64,000 nucleotides of DNA, from contig DFOS01000008.1 of NCBI GenBank assembly GCA_002376845.1, positions 3,583 to 67,582 on the forward strand, in the 5' to 3' direction. This stretch comes from Bdellovibrionaceae bacterium UBA3535. Its GTDB lineage: Bacteria > Bdellovibrionota > Bdellovibrionia > Bdellovibrionales > UBA840. Within the stretch, counting starts at the first letter, position 1; each line of letters opens with the position of its first letter. This document shows positions 17,312 through 26,559 of the stretch, piece by piece. A program made the position numbers and the translations under genes. The notes under the pieces are model-generated. The model was not told the origin of the DNA. It did not search any database and saw nothing but the letters and a program-made list of their open reading frames with translations.

Positions 17312-19939
17312 ATGGCGATTGAAACAACACCTAAAATGGTAAAATCTGTGTATGCAAATACTCGTAAAAATTTAGATATTATACGCAAGCGCTTAAAGCG
17401 CCCCCTTACGTTGGCAGAAAAAATTCTTTATGGACATTTAAGAGAGCCAAAAACTCAAGATCTTACGCGCGGAAAAAGTTTCTTGATGCTACAGCCAGAT
17501 CGCGTGGCCATGCAAGATGCAACGGCACAGATGGCCTTGTTGCAGTTCATGCTTGCGGGAAAAGAAGAGGCAGCTGTTCCCTCTACCGTGCATTGTGATC
17601 ATTTGATTCGTGCCAACGCGGGTGAAGAAATTGATATGCAAATTGCCATGAGTGAAAACAAAGAGGTATTTGATTTCTTAGAAAGTGTTTCTTCACGCTA
17701 TGGAATTGGCTTTTGGAAGCCAGGTGCTGGCATCATCCATCAGGTGGTTTTAGAAAATTACGCATTTCCAGGTGGTTTGATGATTGGTACAGATTCTCAT
17801 ACGCCTAATGCTGGTGGCTTGGGAATGTGTGCTGTGGGTGTTGGCGGAGCCGATGCCGCGGATGTGATGAGCGGTTTGGCTTGGGAAGTGAAAAACCCAA
17901 AACTTATCGGCGTGCATCTTAAAGGCGAGCTTAGTGGCTGGGCTTCACCTAAAGATGTGATCCTAAAACTATGTGATATCTTAACCGTAAAGGGCGGTAC
18001 CAATTGCATTGTGGAGTATTTTGGTGAAGGTACAGAGTCTTTATCTTGTACAGGTAAGGGCACGATTTGCAATATGGGAGCCGAACTTGGAGCTACTTGT
18101 TCTGTATTTCCTTATGATCACCGTATGGGCGATTATTTAAAAGCTACGAAACGAAAAGATTTAGCGGAAATAGCCAATGCCAATATGGATTTGGTTACTG
18201 CCGATGCGGAAGTATTGGAAAACCCAGAAACTTATTATGATCAGATTATTGAGATTGATTTATCGGGCTTAGAGCCACACTTGGTAGGGCCGCATACCCC
18301 CGATCTTGCCCACAAAATTAGTGATATGGGCGATGATGCCAAAGAGAATGGTTGGGATACGCACCTGTCGGCAGCATTGATCGGCTCTTGTACGAACTCT
18401 TCTTATGAAGATATAGGTCGGGCTGCTGACTTGGTAGAGCAGGCAAAAAGCAAGGGACTAAAAATGAAAACGCCTTTTTATGTTACTCCTGGCTCTATGC
18501 AAATTCATAAAACCATTGAACGTGATGGACAGATGCAGTCCTTTAAGGATGTTGGCGCAGTCGTGTTGGCCAATGCATGTGGACCTTGTATCGGACAATG
18601 GAAGCGAGATGATATTGAAAAAGGTGATGTAAACACCATTGTTACCTCGTTCAATAGAAATTTTCGCGGCAGAAACGATGCCAACCCCGAAACCTTAGGT
18701 TTTATTGGGGGGCCCGAGCTGGTAACCGCTTTAGGTTTTGCTGGGGAGTTGGATTTTAACCCTATGACCGATAGTATACCACTAGAGGATGGCGGGGAAT
18801 TTCGTTTTCAGGCACCGAAAGCACCCGAGTTTCCAGAAAATGGTTTTATTGCCGATGAACAAGGTTATGTAGAACCAAAAGGCGAGGGGGTAGATGTGAA
18901 AGTTTCCCCTGCCTCGGATCGCTTGCAACTGCTTACGCCCTTTCAGCCCTGGAAAGGCAAAGATTTAGAGGATTTGCCTCTATTGCTAAAGGCAAAAGGT
19001 AAGTGTACGACCGATCATATTTCTCCAGCTGGTCCTTGGTTGAAATATCGAGGACATCTAGACAATATTTCGGACAATATGTTCATCGGGGCCGTAAATG
19101 CTTTTACTGATGAAATTGGTACAGTCAATCACCCTATTAGTGGCGATAAAAATCAAAACACATCAAAGGTAGCCCGTGATTTAAAATCAAAAGGCAAACA
19201 ATGGGTAGTAGTTGGTGACGATAACTATGGCGAAGGCAGTTCCCGTGAACATGCAGCAATGAGCCCGAGGTTTTTAGGTGCAGCAGCCGTTATAGTGAAA
19301 TCCTTTGCTCGCATTCATGAAACCAATTTAAAAAAGCAAGGAGTGCTCGCGTTAACCTTTGTTCATCCAGAGGATTACGATAAGGTTCGTGAGGACGATG
19401 CCATTTCGATCAAAGGTTTGAAGGGTTTTGCTCCTGGAAAAAATATGACCATGGTTTTGAGTCATGCCGATGGTTCCAAGGAGGAAATCGAGGTTCAACA
19501 TTCTTATAATAAGGAACAGATTGAGTGGTTCAAGGCTGGCTCGGCGTTGAATGTAATTCGTCAAGGCTTGGACAAGCCTAAAAAGAAAAAGGCTACTAAG
19601 AAGAAGGCGACGAAGAAGAAAGCTACTAAAAAGAAAGCCACCAAGAAGAAGGTAACCAAGAAAAAGGCGACGAAGAAGAAAGCTACAAAGAAAAAGGCCA
19701 CCAAGAAGAAGGCGACGAAGAAGAGAGCTACTAAGAAAAAGGCCACCAAGAAGAAGGTAACCAAGAGGAAGGCGACGAAGAAGAAAGCTACTAAGAAAAA
19801 GGCCACTAAAAAGAAAGCAACCAAGAAGAAAGCCACTAAAAAGAAAGCAACCAAGAAGAAGGCAACCAAGAAGAAGGCAACTAAGAAAAAGGCGACGAAG
19901 AAGAAAGCTATTAGAAATAAAGCCAAACACAAGAAATAA
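17312..19939 (+). CDS. acn: aconitate hydratase (mitochondrial-type, ~755-aa core) fused to a 119-aa poly-(KKKAT) tail
   Basis: Core motifs are [44 protein letters not shown] and [10 protein letters not shown] (Fe-S Cys ligands), plus the swivel domain [15 protein letters not shown]. The tail is in frame with no intervening stop. Confidence 0.92.
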   Translation: MAIETTPKMVKSVYANTRKNLDIIRKRLKRPLTLAEKILYGHLREPKTQDLTRGKSFLMLQPDRVAMQDATAQMALLQFMLAGKEEAAVPSTVHCDHLIRANAGEEIDMQIAMSENKEVFDFLESVSSRYGIGFWKPGAGIIHQVVLENYAFPGGLMIGTDSHTPNAGGLGMCAVGVGGADAADVMSGLAWEVKNPKLIGVHLKGELSGWASPKDVILKLCDILTVKGGTNCIVEYFGEGTESLSCTGKGTICNMGAELGATCSVFPYDHRMGDYLKATKRKDLAEIANANMDLVTADAEVLENPETYYDQIIEIDLSGLEPHLVGPHTPDLAHKISDMGDDAKENGWDTHLSAALIGSCTNSSYEDIGRAADLVEQAKSKGLKMKTPFYVTPGSMQIHKTIERDGQMQSFKDVGAVVLANACGPCIGQWKRDDIEKGDVNTIVTSFNRNFRGRNDANPETLGFIGGPELVTALGFAGELDFNPMTDSIPLEDGGEFRFQAPKAPEFPENGFIADEQGYVEPKGEGVDVKVSPASDRLQLLTPFQPWKGKDLEDLPLLLKAKGKCTTDHISPAGPWLKYRGHLDNISDNMFIGAVNAFTDEIGTVNHPISGDKNQNTSKVARDLKSKGKQWVVVGDDNYGEGSSREHAAMSPRFLGAAAVIVKSFARIHETNLKKQGVLALTFVHPEDYDKVREDDAISIKGLKGFAPGKNMTMVLSHADGSKEEIEVQHSYNKEQIEWFKAGSALNVIRQGLDKPKKKKATKKKATKKKATKKKATKKKVTKKKATKKKATKKKATKKKATKKRATKKKATKKKVTKRKATKKKATKKKATKKKATKKKATKKKATKKKATKKKATKKKATKKKAIRNKAKHKK
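19580..19936 (+). repeat. 15-nt-period in-frame tandem repeat encoding ~22 KKKAT-type pentapeptides
   Basis: Hand parse into codons. Units start at 19583 + 15n. A higher-order 105-nt duplication (19598-19702 vs 19703-19807) shows about 7 differences. An exact ~29-30-nt tandem duplication lies around 19802-19860. Confidence 0.95.
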
Positions 19940-20349
19940 GAAAAAAATCAATATCACGTAGGCTCTTGTTATTTAGACGAGAGCTTATGTGATAGAATCA
20001 TCCCTGCACTCCATACGAATGGCCAGTACAGACTATATACAAAAAAACAGAGTCTTTTCGTTGTATACGGTTTATCTTGTATGCAAAAGTTTGGCTTTTT
20101 AAAACCTTAGTCCTGCTTTTTCTATATTTATGAATCATAAGAGTCAGAAAAAACCTTTTATTAGTGTCACCTTTGTTTGCATTAAAAAAAACTAATCAGA
20201 TTTTCAAAGATTTTAGATAATTTCATTTTCAGATCTAAACAAAAAAAATAGTTATAATAAGGACTTACAAAGCGAATAAGACCTATGGCCAGTTGAGAAA
20301 ATTCGGCACAGGTTTTGCTCTTATTTATAAAGATGTAATAGGGGGCAGA

Positions 20350-21354
20350 ATGAAATTTGTGAATCTTCGCTTAATACAAATAGTTTCCATATTTTCTTTA
20401 GTAGGTTGTTCTGGAGACGTGGGCTTTGAAAAAATAGCAGAAGACTCATCTCCGCAAGGTTCAGGCAGTTTTAAAAGTTTTACGGAAGTTTTCTATCAGG
20501 ATTCAGAAGAGCCTATGCTGGACATTCTTGTTATCGTAGACAACTCACCCTCAATGCGTGCAGAGCAAGAAAGGCTAGGAAAGCGAATGCAGAGTTTTAC
20601 GGGACAATTAAGAGATGTTGATTGGCAAATAGCTGTTACGAACACGGATATATCCGATAGCATCCATTCTCTGAAGGGGGCGCTGTTAAGCTTTAATAAT
20701 TCAAATAAAAAATTATTAACGAAATCAGATCCCAACTACAATCAATTGTTTCTAGATGCAGTCGTTATGGAGGAAGCAGCGGATTGTATAGGGGGATGTC
20801 CTAGCACGACAGAGGAGCCGCTTGCAGCGCTTAGCCTGGCGATTCGAAAGAGCACATCGGAGAATAAAGATTTGTTTCGATCAAAAGCAGATTTTGCTGT
20901 GATTGTTATTAGTGATGAAGATGAAAAAAGTAATGGACCAGAGGATGCAACAAAGCCTACCGAAGTTCTATCACTTATGGAAAGTCTTTATCCCAATAAA
21001 ACCTTTACGGTAAATGGGGTCATTATCGAGCCAGGAGATACCGACTGCAAAGATCTGCAAGGAGTTGACGGAAAGTATGGTACTCATGTTGCAGAGTTTG
21101 CCGGACTTACCAATGGTATTACTACAAGTATATGTGCTCCGGACTATGGAGCTGGTTTGGCAGCAATTGGTCAGGGCGCTAGGCGATTGCTGAACTCGGT
21201 AAAGCTAACAAATATGCCGGCAGTAGAATCTGTATCCGTTGCATTTTCGCCTTATCATAAAACTAAGTTTACAGTAGTTGGTAAGACGGTGATCTTTGAT
21301 GTTCCGCCTAAAAAAGGAACTCAGATCCAAGTTAGCTATGACATTCAAAACTAA
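20350..21354 (+). CDS. lipoprotein with von Willebrand factor A-like domain
   Basis: Trimmed to the ATG at 20350. Lipobox SLVGC. MIDAS-like LVIVDNSPSM (DxSxS), plus IVISDEDE. Confidence 0.6.
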   Translation: MKFVNLRLIQIVSIFSLVGCSGDVGFEKIAEDSSPQGSGSFKSFTEVFYQDSEEPMLDILVIVDNSPSMRAEQERLGKRMQSFTGQLRDVDWQIAVTNTDISDSIHSLKGALLSFNNSNKKLLTKSDPNYNQLFLDAVVMEEAADCIGGCPSTTEEPLAALSLAIRKSTSENKDLFRSKADFAVIVISDEDEKSNGPEDATKPTEVLSLMESLYPNKTFTVNGVIIEPGDTDCKDLQGVDGKYGTHVAEFAGLTNGITTSICAPDYGAGLAAIGQGARRLLNSVKLTNMPAVESVSVAFSPYHKTKFTVVGKTVIFDVPPKKGTQIQVSYDIQN

Positions 21355-21402
21355 AAAATTATGAGTTTATGTGCAATCGGCATGTGCTTGTAATTAAAAA
21401 TT

Positions 21403-22248
21403 TTAGTTTGCCGATTCTTTTTCATAAAATTCACTGGCAAATTTTCGAATAATATTTTGTTCGATGATACCTTTAAGATCATAGCGAAGAGGGGTTCTTA
21501 GGTGCAGTTCCACAACATCTTTGTCGGATACATCAATAAATACCTGAGGAGCTAAATCGGGTGCAACGATCCCCTCTTTATCTTCTAAGCGTTTTAAATA
21601 CTTTTTTGCATCATCTAAAAATTCCTTCGTCTCTTCACGAGCTGCGTTCAACAAAATGCTTTCAGCTCTTTGCCAATTGTCTGTATTGGCAATCGGTAAG
21701 CGAATGGTATGTAAAAAATAAGGTGAGGAGGTCGTTTCATTAAAAACGGAATGGGAGAGGAAAAAAGCGTTCGGTATTTTTACAATTCTACCGGTATATT
21801 TTTGAATATTATGCGAGCTACTAACTTCGTATACAGTAGTGCAGAAAAAAGTGTGGTCAATTACATCACCTCGTATGCCATTAATTTCAATGCGATCCCC
21901 CACATCGAATAAGCGATTGCTGGATTTCACTAAGGAGCCTATGGGGTTTGCCAAGGTTTCCTTGAAGGCCAAAACTAGTGCTACCGCAAAAGCCACAATG
22001 GAGAAGGCGAGGGTACGTATTTGTGCTGCCCAAATGATAATTAAGCCTAAAAATATGATGAATATAGAGATGTAGCGGATCTGTACGATCCATTTTCTTC
22101 TTTCATCCTGCTTTCTAATTTTCCAAGAGCTAATTAGTTGTAAAAGTGCATAGCGAATTAACAATATAAAGGCTACATAGATGACCGTAATAATTAGATT
22201 TTCAATTATATTGTCCATATTGAAAATCATTTCATTCATCTTCATCAT
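21403..22248 (-). CDS. mechanosensitive ion channel (MscS family)
   Basis: Three N-terminal TM helices followed by the MscS beta-domain signature FDVGDRIEINGIRGDVIDHTFFCTTV. Confidence 0.8.
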   Translation of the reverse strand: MMKMNEMIFNMDNIIENLIITVIYVAFILLIRYALLQLISSWKIRKQDERRKWIVQIRYISIFIIFLGLIIIWAAQIRTLAFSIVAFAVALVLAFKETLANPIGSLVKSSNRLFDVGDRIEINGIRGDVIDHTFFCTTVYEVSSSHNIQKYTGRIVKIPNAFFLSHSVFNETTSSPYFLHTIRLPIANTDNWQRAESILLNAAREETKEFLDDAKKYLKRLEDKEGIVAPDLAPQVFIDVSDKDVVELHLRTPLRYDLKGIIEQNIIRKFASEFYEKESAN

Positions 22249-22786
22249 GTAGATCCCTTTCTGGTAGCGAAAAATAATACGTAGTTACAATATTCTCATT
22301 TTGCTTAAAAGAGTAAACTTCCAAGCTCGGAAATGCATTATCTTTTTGAAGCCAGTTTTTTACTTGTTCATAAACTTTAATCGGCCCTAATGCGGGAGAG
22401 CCTTTAAAGCTAGCTTGTACTATTTTAGGATATGCCGGAATTTTTAGGAGATGCAATTTCGAAGATTCCTCAATTGCAGGTTTTTTTAAAAATAAACACC
22501 CTGCTTTTGAGCGTAAATCACTCTCCACGGTTTTATTAGGGTCATCATAAAATAGGCCAAAGCTTTGTGTGCACTCGATATTCTGTGCTGCCAATTCTTT
22601 TTCTACTTCATTGATAATAAAAGAAGTTTGTGAATAATTACCTAAAATATTTTTATAAGCTAGATACATTGTAGGGGAGGAATCTACAAAGAACTCCGGC
22701 TCCTTGTAGCCGCCCAAATAAATATAGGTAGCGGTTAAAACTACAACGGTGGCAAAAAAAACGGTCAAAAAAATTGTTTTTAACAT
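22232..22786 (-). CDS. membrane-anchored GyrI-like / SOUL-type small-molecule-binding domain protein
   Basis: N-terminal TM anchor. Body resembles GyrI-like effector-binding proteins (GLFYDDP...RSKAGC). Assignment is tentative. Confidence 0.4.
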   Translation of the reverse strand: MLKTIFLTVFFATVVVLTATYIYLGGYKEPEFFVDSSPTMYLAYKNILGNYSQTSFIINEVEKELAAQNIECTQSFGLFYDDPNKTVESDLRSKAGCLFLKKPAIEESSKLHLLKIPAYPKIVQASFKGSPALGPIKVYEQVKNWLQKDNAFPSLEVYSFKQNENIVTTYYFSLPERDLHDEDE

Positions 22787-22833
22787 AATTCTTTCTTAAT
22801 ATTACAGCCATATAATTGCACTTGGAGATGACA

Positions 22834-23823
22834 ATGGCAAAAGAGAATCTAAGTGAACTAGAGAATTTACTCAATAAAATGATCGAGAACGCTAGTTCCC
22901 GTCGTATATTTTTACAGGTGGCTCCGCTGATGATGGCAGCCTGTGCGGCGCCAGAAAAAACAAGGTACCGAGAAGGCGATAATGCAGGACAGGAAACGGA
23001 GCTAACGGTTGCTGATGAAAAGCGCTTAACTAGCGAAGTCTTGCCGAAGATGCAAAAGGAATACCCGCCTCTTAAGGATTCAGTAGCGCAAGACTATATA
23101 CGTAGCTTGGGACAAAAAATTGTCTACGCCAACGATCTGAACCGCAAACCTTATACATACAATTTCACTCTTGTGGACTCGGAAATGGTCAATGCCTTTG
23201 CCTTGCCGGCGGGAACCATTTTTGTCACCAAACCCTTGTTATTGATGGCCGAAACTGAGGCCGAGCTGGCAGGGGTGATTGGGCATGAAATCGGTCACGT
23301 GGTGGCGCGCCACACGGCGGAGCGCATGGATAAGGCCAAACGCTCGCAAAAACAATCTTTACTTTATACTTTGGGTGGTGGACTGCTTGGTGGAGCATTG
23401 GGTTATGGGGCTAGTAAACTTATTTGCGACAAACGAGATAAAGAATGCATTAAAAGGGCCACTGAGCTAGGGGTTATGGGCGGTGCTGCTGGAGGCCTGC
23501 TCATTCAAAAATATGCATTTATGGCAAATTCTAGAGAGGATGAGATGGAGGCAGATCGGGTGGGTTTTCGTACGGCTTATAAAGCCAATTACTCTAGCCG
23601 TTTTATCGGCAACTTTTACACGCGCCTGCTGGCAATGGAAGAAAAAGCAAAAAGTAGTCGTTCGCGAGTCGAATTGGCGATTGCTGATGCTATGAGTACT
23701 CATCCGCCAAGCCGTGAGCGCGTCGTGCAAATGCGCCAGATGCAGCAAGAGGTAAAGAATAGAAAAAATGCCCTTGTTTCTTCTACGGAATTTGAGCGGC
23801 TGCAAAAGCGCTTAAAATCTTAG
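22834..23823 (+). CDS. M48-family zinc metallopeptidase, predicted Tat-exported lipoprotein
   Basis: HEIGHVVARH zinc motif. Twin-arginine motif SSRRIFLQV followed by lipobox MMAAC. The ATG at 22834 is 7 nt after GGAG. Confidence 0.8.
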   Translation: MAKENLSELENLLNKMIENASSRRIFLQVAPLMMAACAAPEKTRYREGDNAGQETELTVADEKRLTSEVLPKMQKEYPPLKDSVAQDYIRSLGQKIVYANDLNRKPYTYNFTLVDSEMVNAFALPAGTIFVTKPLLLMAETEAELAGVIGHEIGHVVARHTAERMDKAKRSQKQSLLYTLGGGLLGGALGYGASKLICDKRDKECIKRATELGVMGGAAGGLLIQKYAFMANSREDEMEADRVGFRTAYKANYSSRFIGNFYTRLLAMEEKAKSSRSRVELAIADAMSTHPPSRERVVQMRQMQQEVKNRKNALVSSTEFERLQKRLKS

Positions 23824-24494
23824 ATCTCTAGCCAGCTTATTGTGTGATCTTTATAGTGCAAGTTGCCCTCTGCATCGAGGCTCTGCAACTTCGAATCAAA
23901 GTTTTTCACTGCCGTGGTAAGTTCCTCTTGCTCATAAGGCTTTAGTTGTTTTTCACTCAAATCGGACGACTTTATTTTTTGCCAAAAAGTATCTAAAAAG
24001 GCGCACCATTTTTCTTTGGAAATATTTTGATCAAGACAAATGGCGTTTTCCATATTCGGAGTATCTAAGACATTGATACCCACGCCCACAATCAAATAAT
24101 GCCAGTCGCTTTGTACACTCTCCAGCAATAGTCCCGCCAATTTTTTATTATTTAAATAGATATCATTGGGCGCTTTTACGGAGAATTTTTGCTTAAAATT
24201 AGTTTGTAAACTTTCATACAAGAGCAGACCTATTCTTGCCGAGTTAATGGGGGGATAGGCCTTACAGGAGCGAAAACAGATAGAAAGATATAGTGCATTA
24301 CCCTTTGAGCTAGGGGTCCAAGTGTTCTGGCCGCGGCCACGGCCTTGTTTTTGATAGTCACATAGCACAAAATAGGGAAAACTAAATTTTGACAAGTTTT
24401 GTTTGGCAAGTTCATTTGTGCTGGTCATTTCCTCTTGATACAAACAAGCAAGACCTTGCTTCTCACACCAATCTTTTGTCCACAAGCCAATCAT
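23820..24494 (-). CDS. birA: biotin--[acetyl-CoA-carboxylase] ligase (group I, no HTH)
   Basis: GRGRGQNTW biotin-binding motif and KAPNDIYLNNKKLAGLL. Start trimmed to the ATG at 24494, just after the nadC stop. Confidence 0.8.
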   Translation of the reverse strand: MIGLWTKDWCEKQGLACLYQEEMTSTNELAKQNLSKFSFPYFVLCDYQKQGRGRGQNTWTPSSKGNALYLSICFRSCKAYPPINSARIGLLLYESLQTNFKQKFSVKAPNDIYLNNKKLAGLLLESVQSDWHYLIVGVGINVLDTPNMENAICLDQNISKEKWCAFLDTFWQKIKSSDLSEKQLKPYEQEELTTAVKNFDSKLQSLDAEGNLHYKDHTISWLEI

Positions 24495-24495
24495 A

Positions 24496-25350
24496 TTAAT
24501 CCCACTGAAAGAGCAAGCTAAAATCTGCAACGGGAGCTGAGTGGGTTAGTGCGCCAACGCTTATGTAATCAACGCCTAAGTGGGCAACGCTAGCAATGCG
24601 GTCTAAGTTCATATTGCCGCTAGCTTCTGTTTCCACATTATCGGGAATGATTTTTAAAGCTTCCTGAATTTCTTCATTCGACATATTATCTAACATGATT
24701 CGCTCTACTCCACATTTTGTCGCAATTTTTACTTCCTCAAGGTTGGTAACTTCCACCTCAATGGGGCCAGCGTAGCAGGAGCGAATTTGTTTGATCGTAG
24801 CAGCCATGTTTCCGCCAAAGGCGCGAATGTGATTTTCTTTGATAAGTACTGCGTCACTTAAATTTTGCCGGTGGTTTTGTGCTCCGCCATCTTCTACTGC
24901 TTTTTTGGATAGTTGCCTGTAAAGCGGAGTGGTTTTTCTTGTATCCAAAATTTTGCAGCGACTTCCTACGGTCATGTCGACATAGCATCGACTAAGAGAG
25001 GCAATGCCTGAGAGCATTCCTAGAAAATTTAGCGCGGTTCTTTCTGCTTTTAGGCATGAGAGAAGATTGCCCTTAATCTCTGCAACAATTTGCCCCTCGA
25101 GTACTTTGTCACCATCTGTAAAGTGGAAGCGAAAAGCCAGGTCTGGATCGATATATAAGAAGGATTCTTTAAACAAGTCCAAGCCAGAAACGACGAGATC
25201 TTCTTTGGCCACGAGCTTGGCCTTTCCTACCTTGTGTGAAAGACCCAAAGAATCCGTGGTGATGTCACCATCGGGCATGTCCTCCTGGAAGGCTTTTTCT
25301 ATAAAATCAAGAAAAGCGAAATGGTGGTCTTCGAATGTAAGGTATTCCAT
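24496..25350 (-). CDS. nadC: nicotinate-nucleotide pyrophosphorylase (carboxylating)
   Basis: QPRTase family. Motifs are LKAERTALNFL, ILDTRKTTP, IKENH and a C-terminal TIM-barrel (EASGNM...VDYISVGALTHS). Confidence 0.9.
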   Translation of the reverse strand: MEYLTFEDHHFAFLDFIEKAFQEDMPDGDITTDSLGLSHKVGKAKLVAKEDLVVSGLDLFKESFLYIDPDLAFRFHFTDGDKVLEGQIVAEIKGNLLSCLKAERTALNFLGMLSGIASLSRCYVDMTVGSRCKILDTRKTTPLYRQLSKKAVEDGGAQNHRQNLSDAVLIKENHIRAFGGNMAATIKQIRSCYAGPIEVEVTNLEEVKIATKCGVERIMLDNMSNEEIQEALKIIPDNVETEASGNMNLDRIASVAHLGVDYISVGALTHSAPVADFSLLFQWD

Positions 25351-26513
25351 TAAGAATCGGCCTCTTCCGCTACCAAACGATCAATCTCTTTTTGGATCAA
25401 GTCTTTCGCATATTGCGGAACAAGTTCTCGGGCTAATCGTTCGATCACATCTTGGCAATGCTCTCGTACATAGGCTTCAATTTCGGCTTCGGATAGATTG
25501 GCTACTGGCGAATTTTGTCCCTGATTCATTTGAGGGCTAGGTGCGATTTTGGTGTTGGTAGCTGTATCAGGATAGCTATCAGGAATTTCTGGTCTTGCTT
25601 CTTGTGGAACCTCATTGGCTTGTATGTCACTGTTCTCGCTGCGTTGTTTGGTTGGGCTTGCACTTTGTGCCGGAGCGGCAGGTTTTTCTTGTGCCGCCGT
25701 ATCCACTTTCTTTTCTACGGACTCATCTATGGTATTGCCCCACATGATGCTGGAGTCATCAATCTCAATGGGATCTTCCTCGCCGTCCATTTCAAATTCC
25801 CCCAATTCCTCTTTGGGGATATCTAGGGTATACTTGGATAGGCTAGGACTTGAGGCAGAGTCACTACTAGCAGAGACTTCATCCAATTTTCTTGGTTGAA
25901 ATGCATCATCCTCGCTATCATCTTCTTCCAAAAGACTCTCTGCGGAGGGAAGATCTTCAAATTGATCCATGGACCAATTCATCTCTTCTTTGGGCTCTTC
26001 TTGTAGAGCGGGCTCTTGCGCCATATCCTGCTCTGCAGGAATTTGGGTGGGTTCCTCATCCCAATTGATTTCTGGTACATCTAGGTGGGCGGCAATGGGG
26101 TTCGACTGCATACTGGGCACATATTTTAAAATCACATTGCGAAGTGCCTCGGAGTCGAATGGCTTTTCTATCTTGTCTGTGGCTCCGGACTCGGCATATT
26201 TTTGCTCATCAAAGCCCATAAAAGCATTCCACAGCATTATGATGGGGGTATTTGCGGTATTGGGGGCTGCTCGCAGCTCGGAGGCAACTTCGTAGCCACT
26301 CTTTTTTTGCAAGAGAATGTCGACAAATATGATATCGGGCTGAAAGCTTTTTGCCACATCCGCCACATCTGTCCCAAGGTTCACACTGCGGATTTCGACG
26401 CCAAAATCTTGCAAAGTGATTTGCATGACCTTTTTAATGGTTGCACTTTCATCGGCGAGTAAGACGCGTAATGCCATAGATTTAGTATGACGGTTCTTTC
26501 GTATTTCAGTCAA
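25350..26513 (-). CDS. response regulator with Pro/Glu-rich linker and conserved C-terminal helix (RomR-like architecture)
   Basis: Receiver (VLLADESATIKKVM...PDIIFVDILLQKKSGYEV...EKPFDSEAL), then ~200 aa acidic/Pro-rich low complexity, then a helical C-terminus. Architecture and receiver sequence resemble my recollection of Myxococcus RomR. Confidence 0.6.
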   Translation of the reverse strand: MTEIRKNRHTKSMALRVLLADESATIKKVMQITLQDFGVEIRSVNLGTDVADVAKSFQPDIIFVDILLQKKSGYEVASELRAAPNTANTPIIMLWNAFMGFDEQKYAESGATDKIEKPFDSEALRNVILKYVPSMQSNPIAAHLDVPEINWDEEPTQIPAEQDMAQEPALQEEPKEEMNWSMDQFEDLPSAESLLEEDDSEDDAFQPRKLDEVSASSDSASSPSLSKYTLDIPKEELGEFEMDGEEDPIEIDDSSIMWGNTIDESVEKKVDTAAQEKPAAPAQSASPTKQRSENSDIQANEVPQEARPEIPDSYPDTATNTKIAPSPQMNQGQNSPVANLSEAEIEAYVREHCQDVIERLARELVPQYAKDLIQKEIDRLVAEEADS

Positions 26514-26559
26514 CCCAAGGCTGCTTGACCTATTGCGCTACTAGTTCGTAAAATGCTTC

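Noticed and set aside
19580-19936. Regular short repeats that might be mistaken for a CRISPR array or a non-coding satellite.
   Set aside because: The period is 15 nt with no unique spacers. The repeats are in frame with, and contiguous to, the aconitase ORF, and there are no cas genes.
19352-19957. Two overlapping minus-strand ORFs (201 aa and 123 aa) of Phe/Leu repeats opposite the aconitase tail.
   Set aside because: This is the same antisense-of-polylysine artefact. The periodic FFLVA/LLRR strings simply complement the KKKAT codons.
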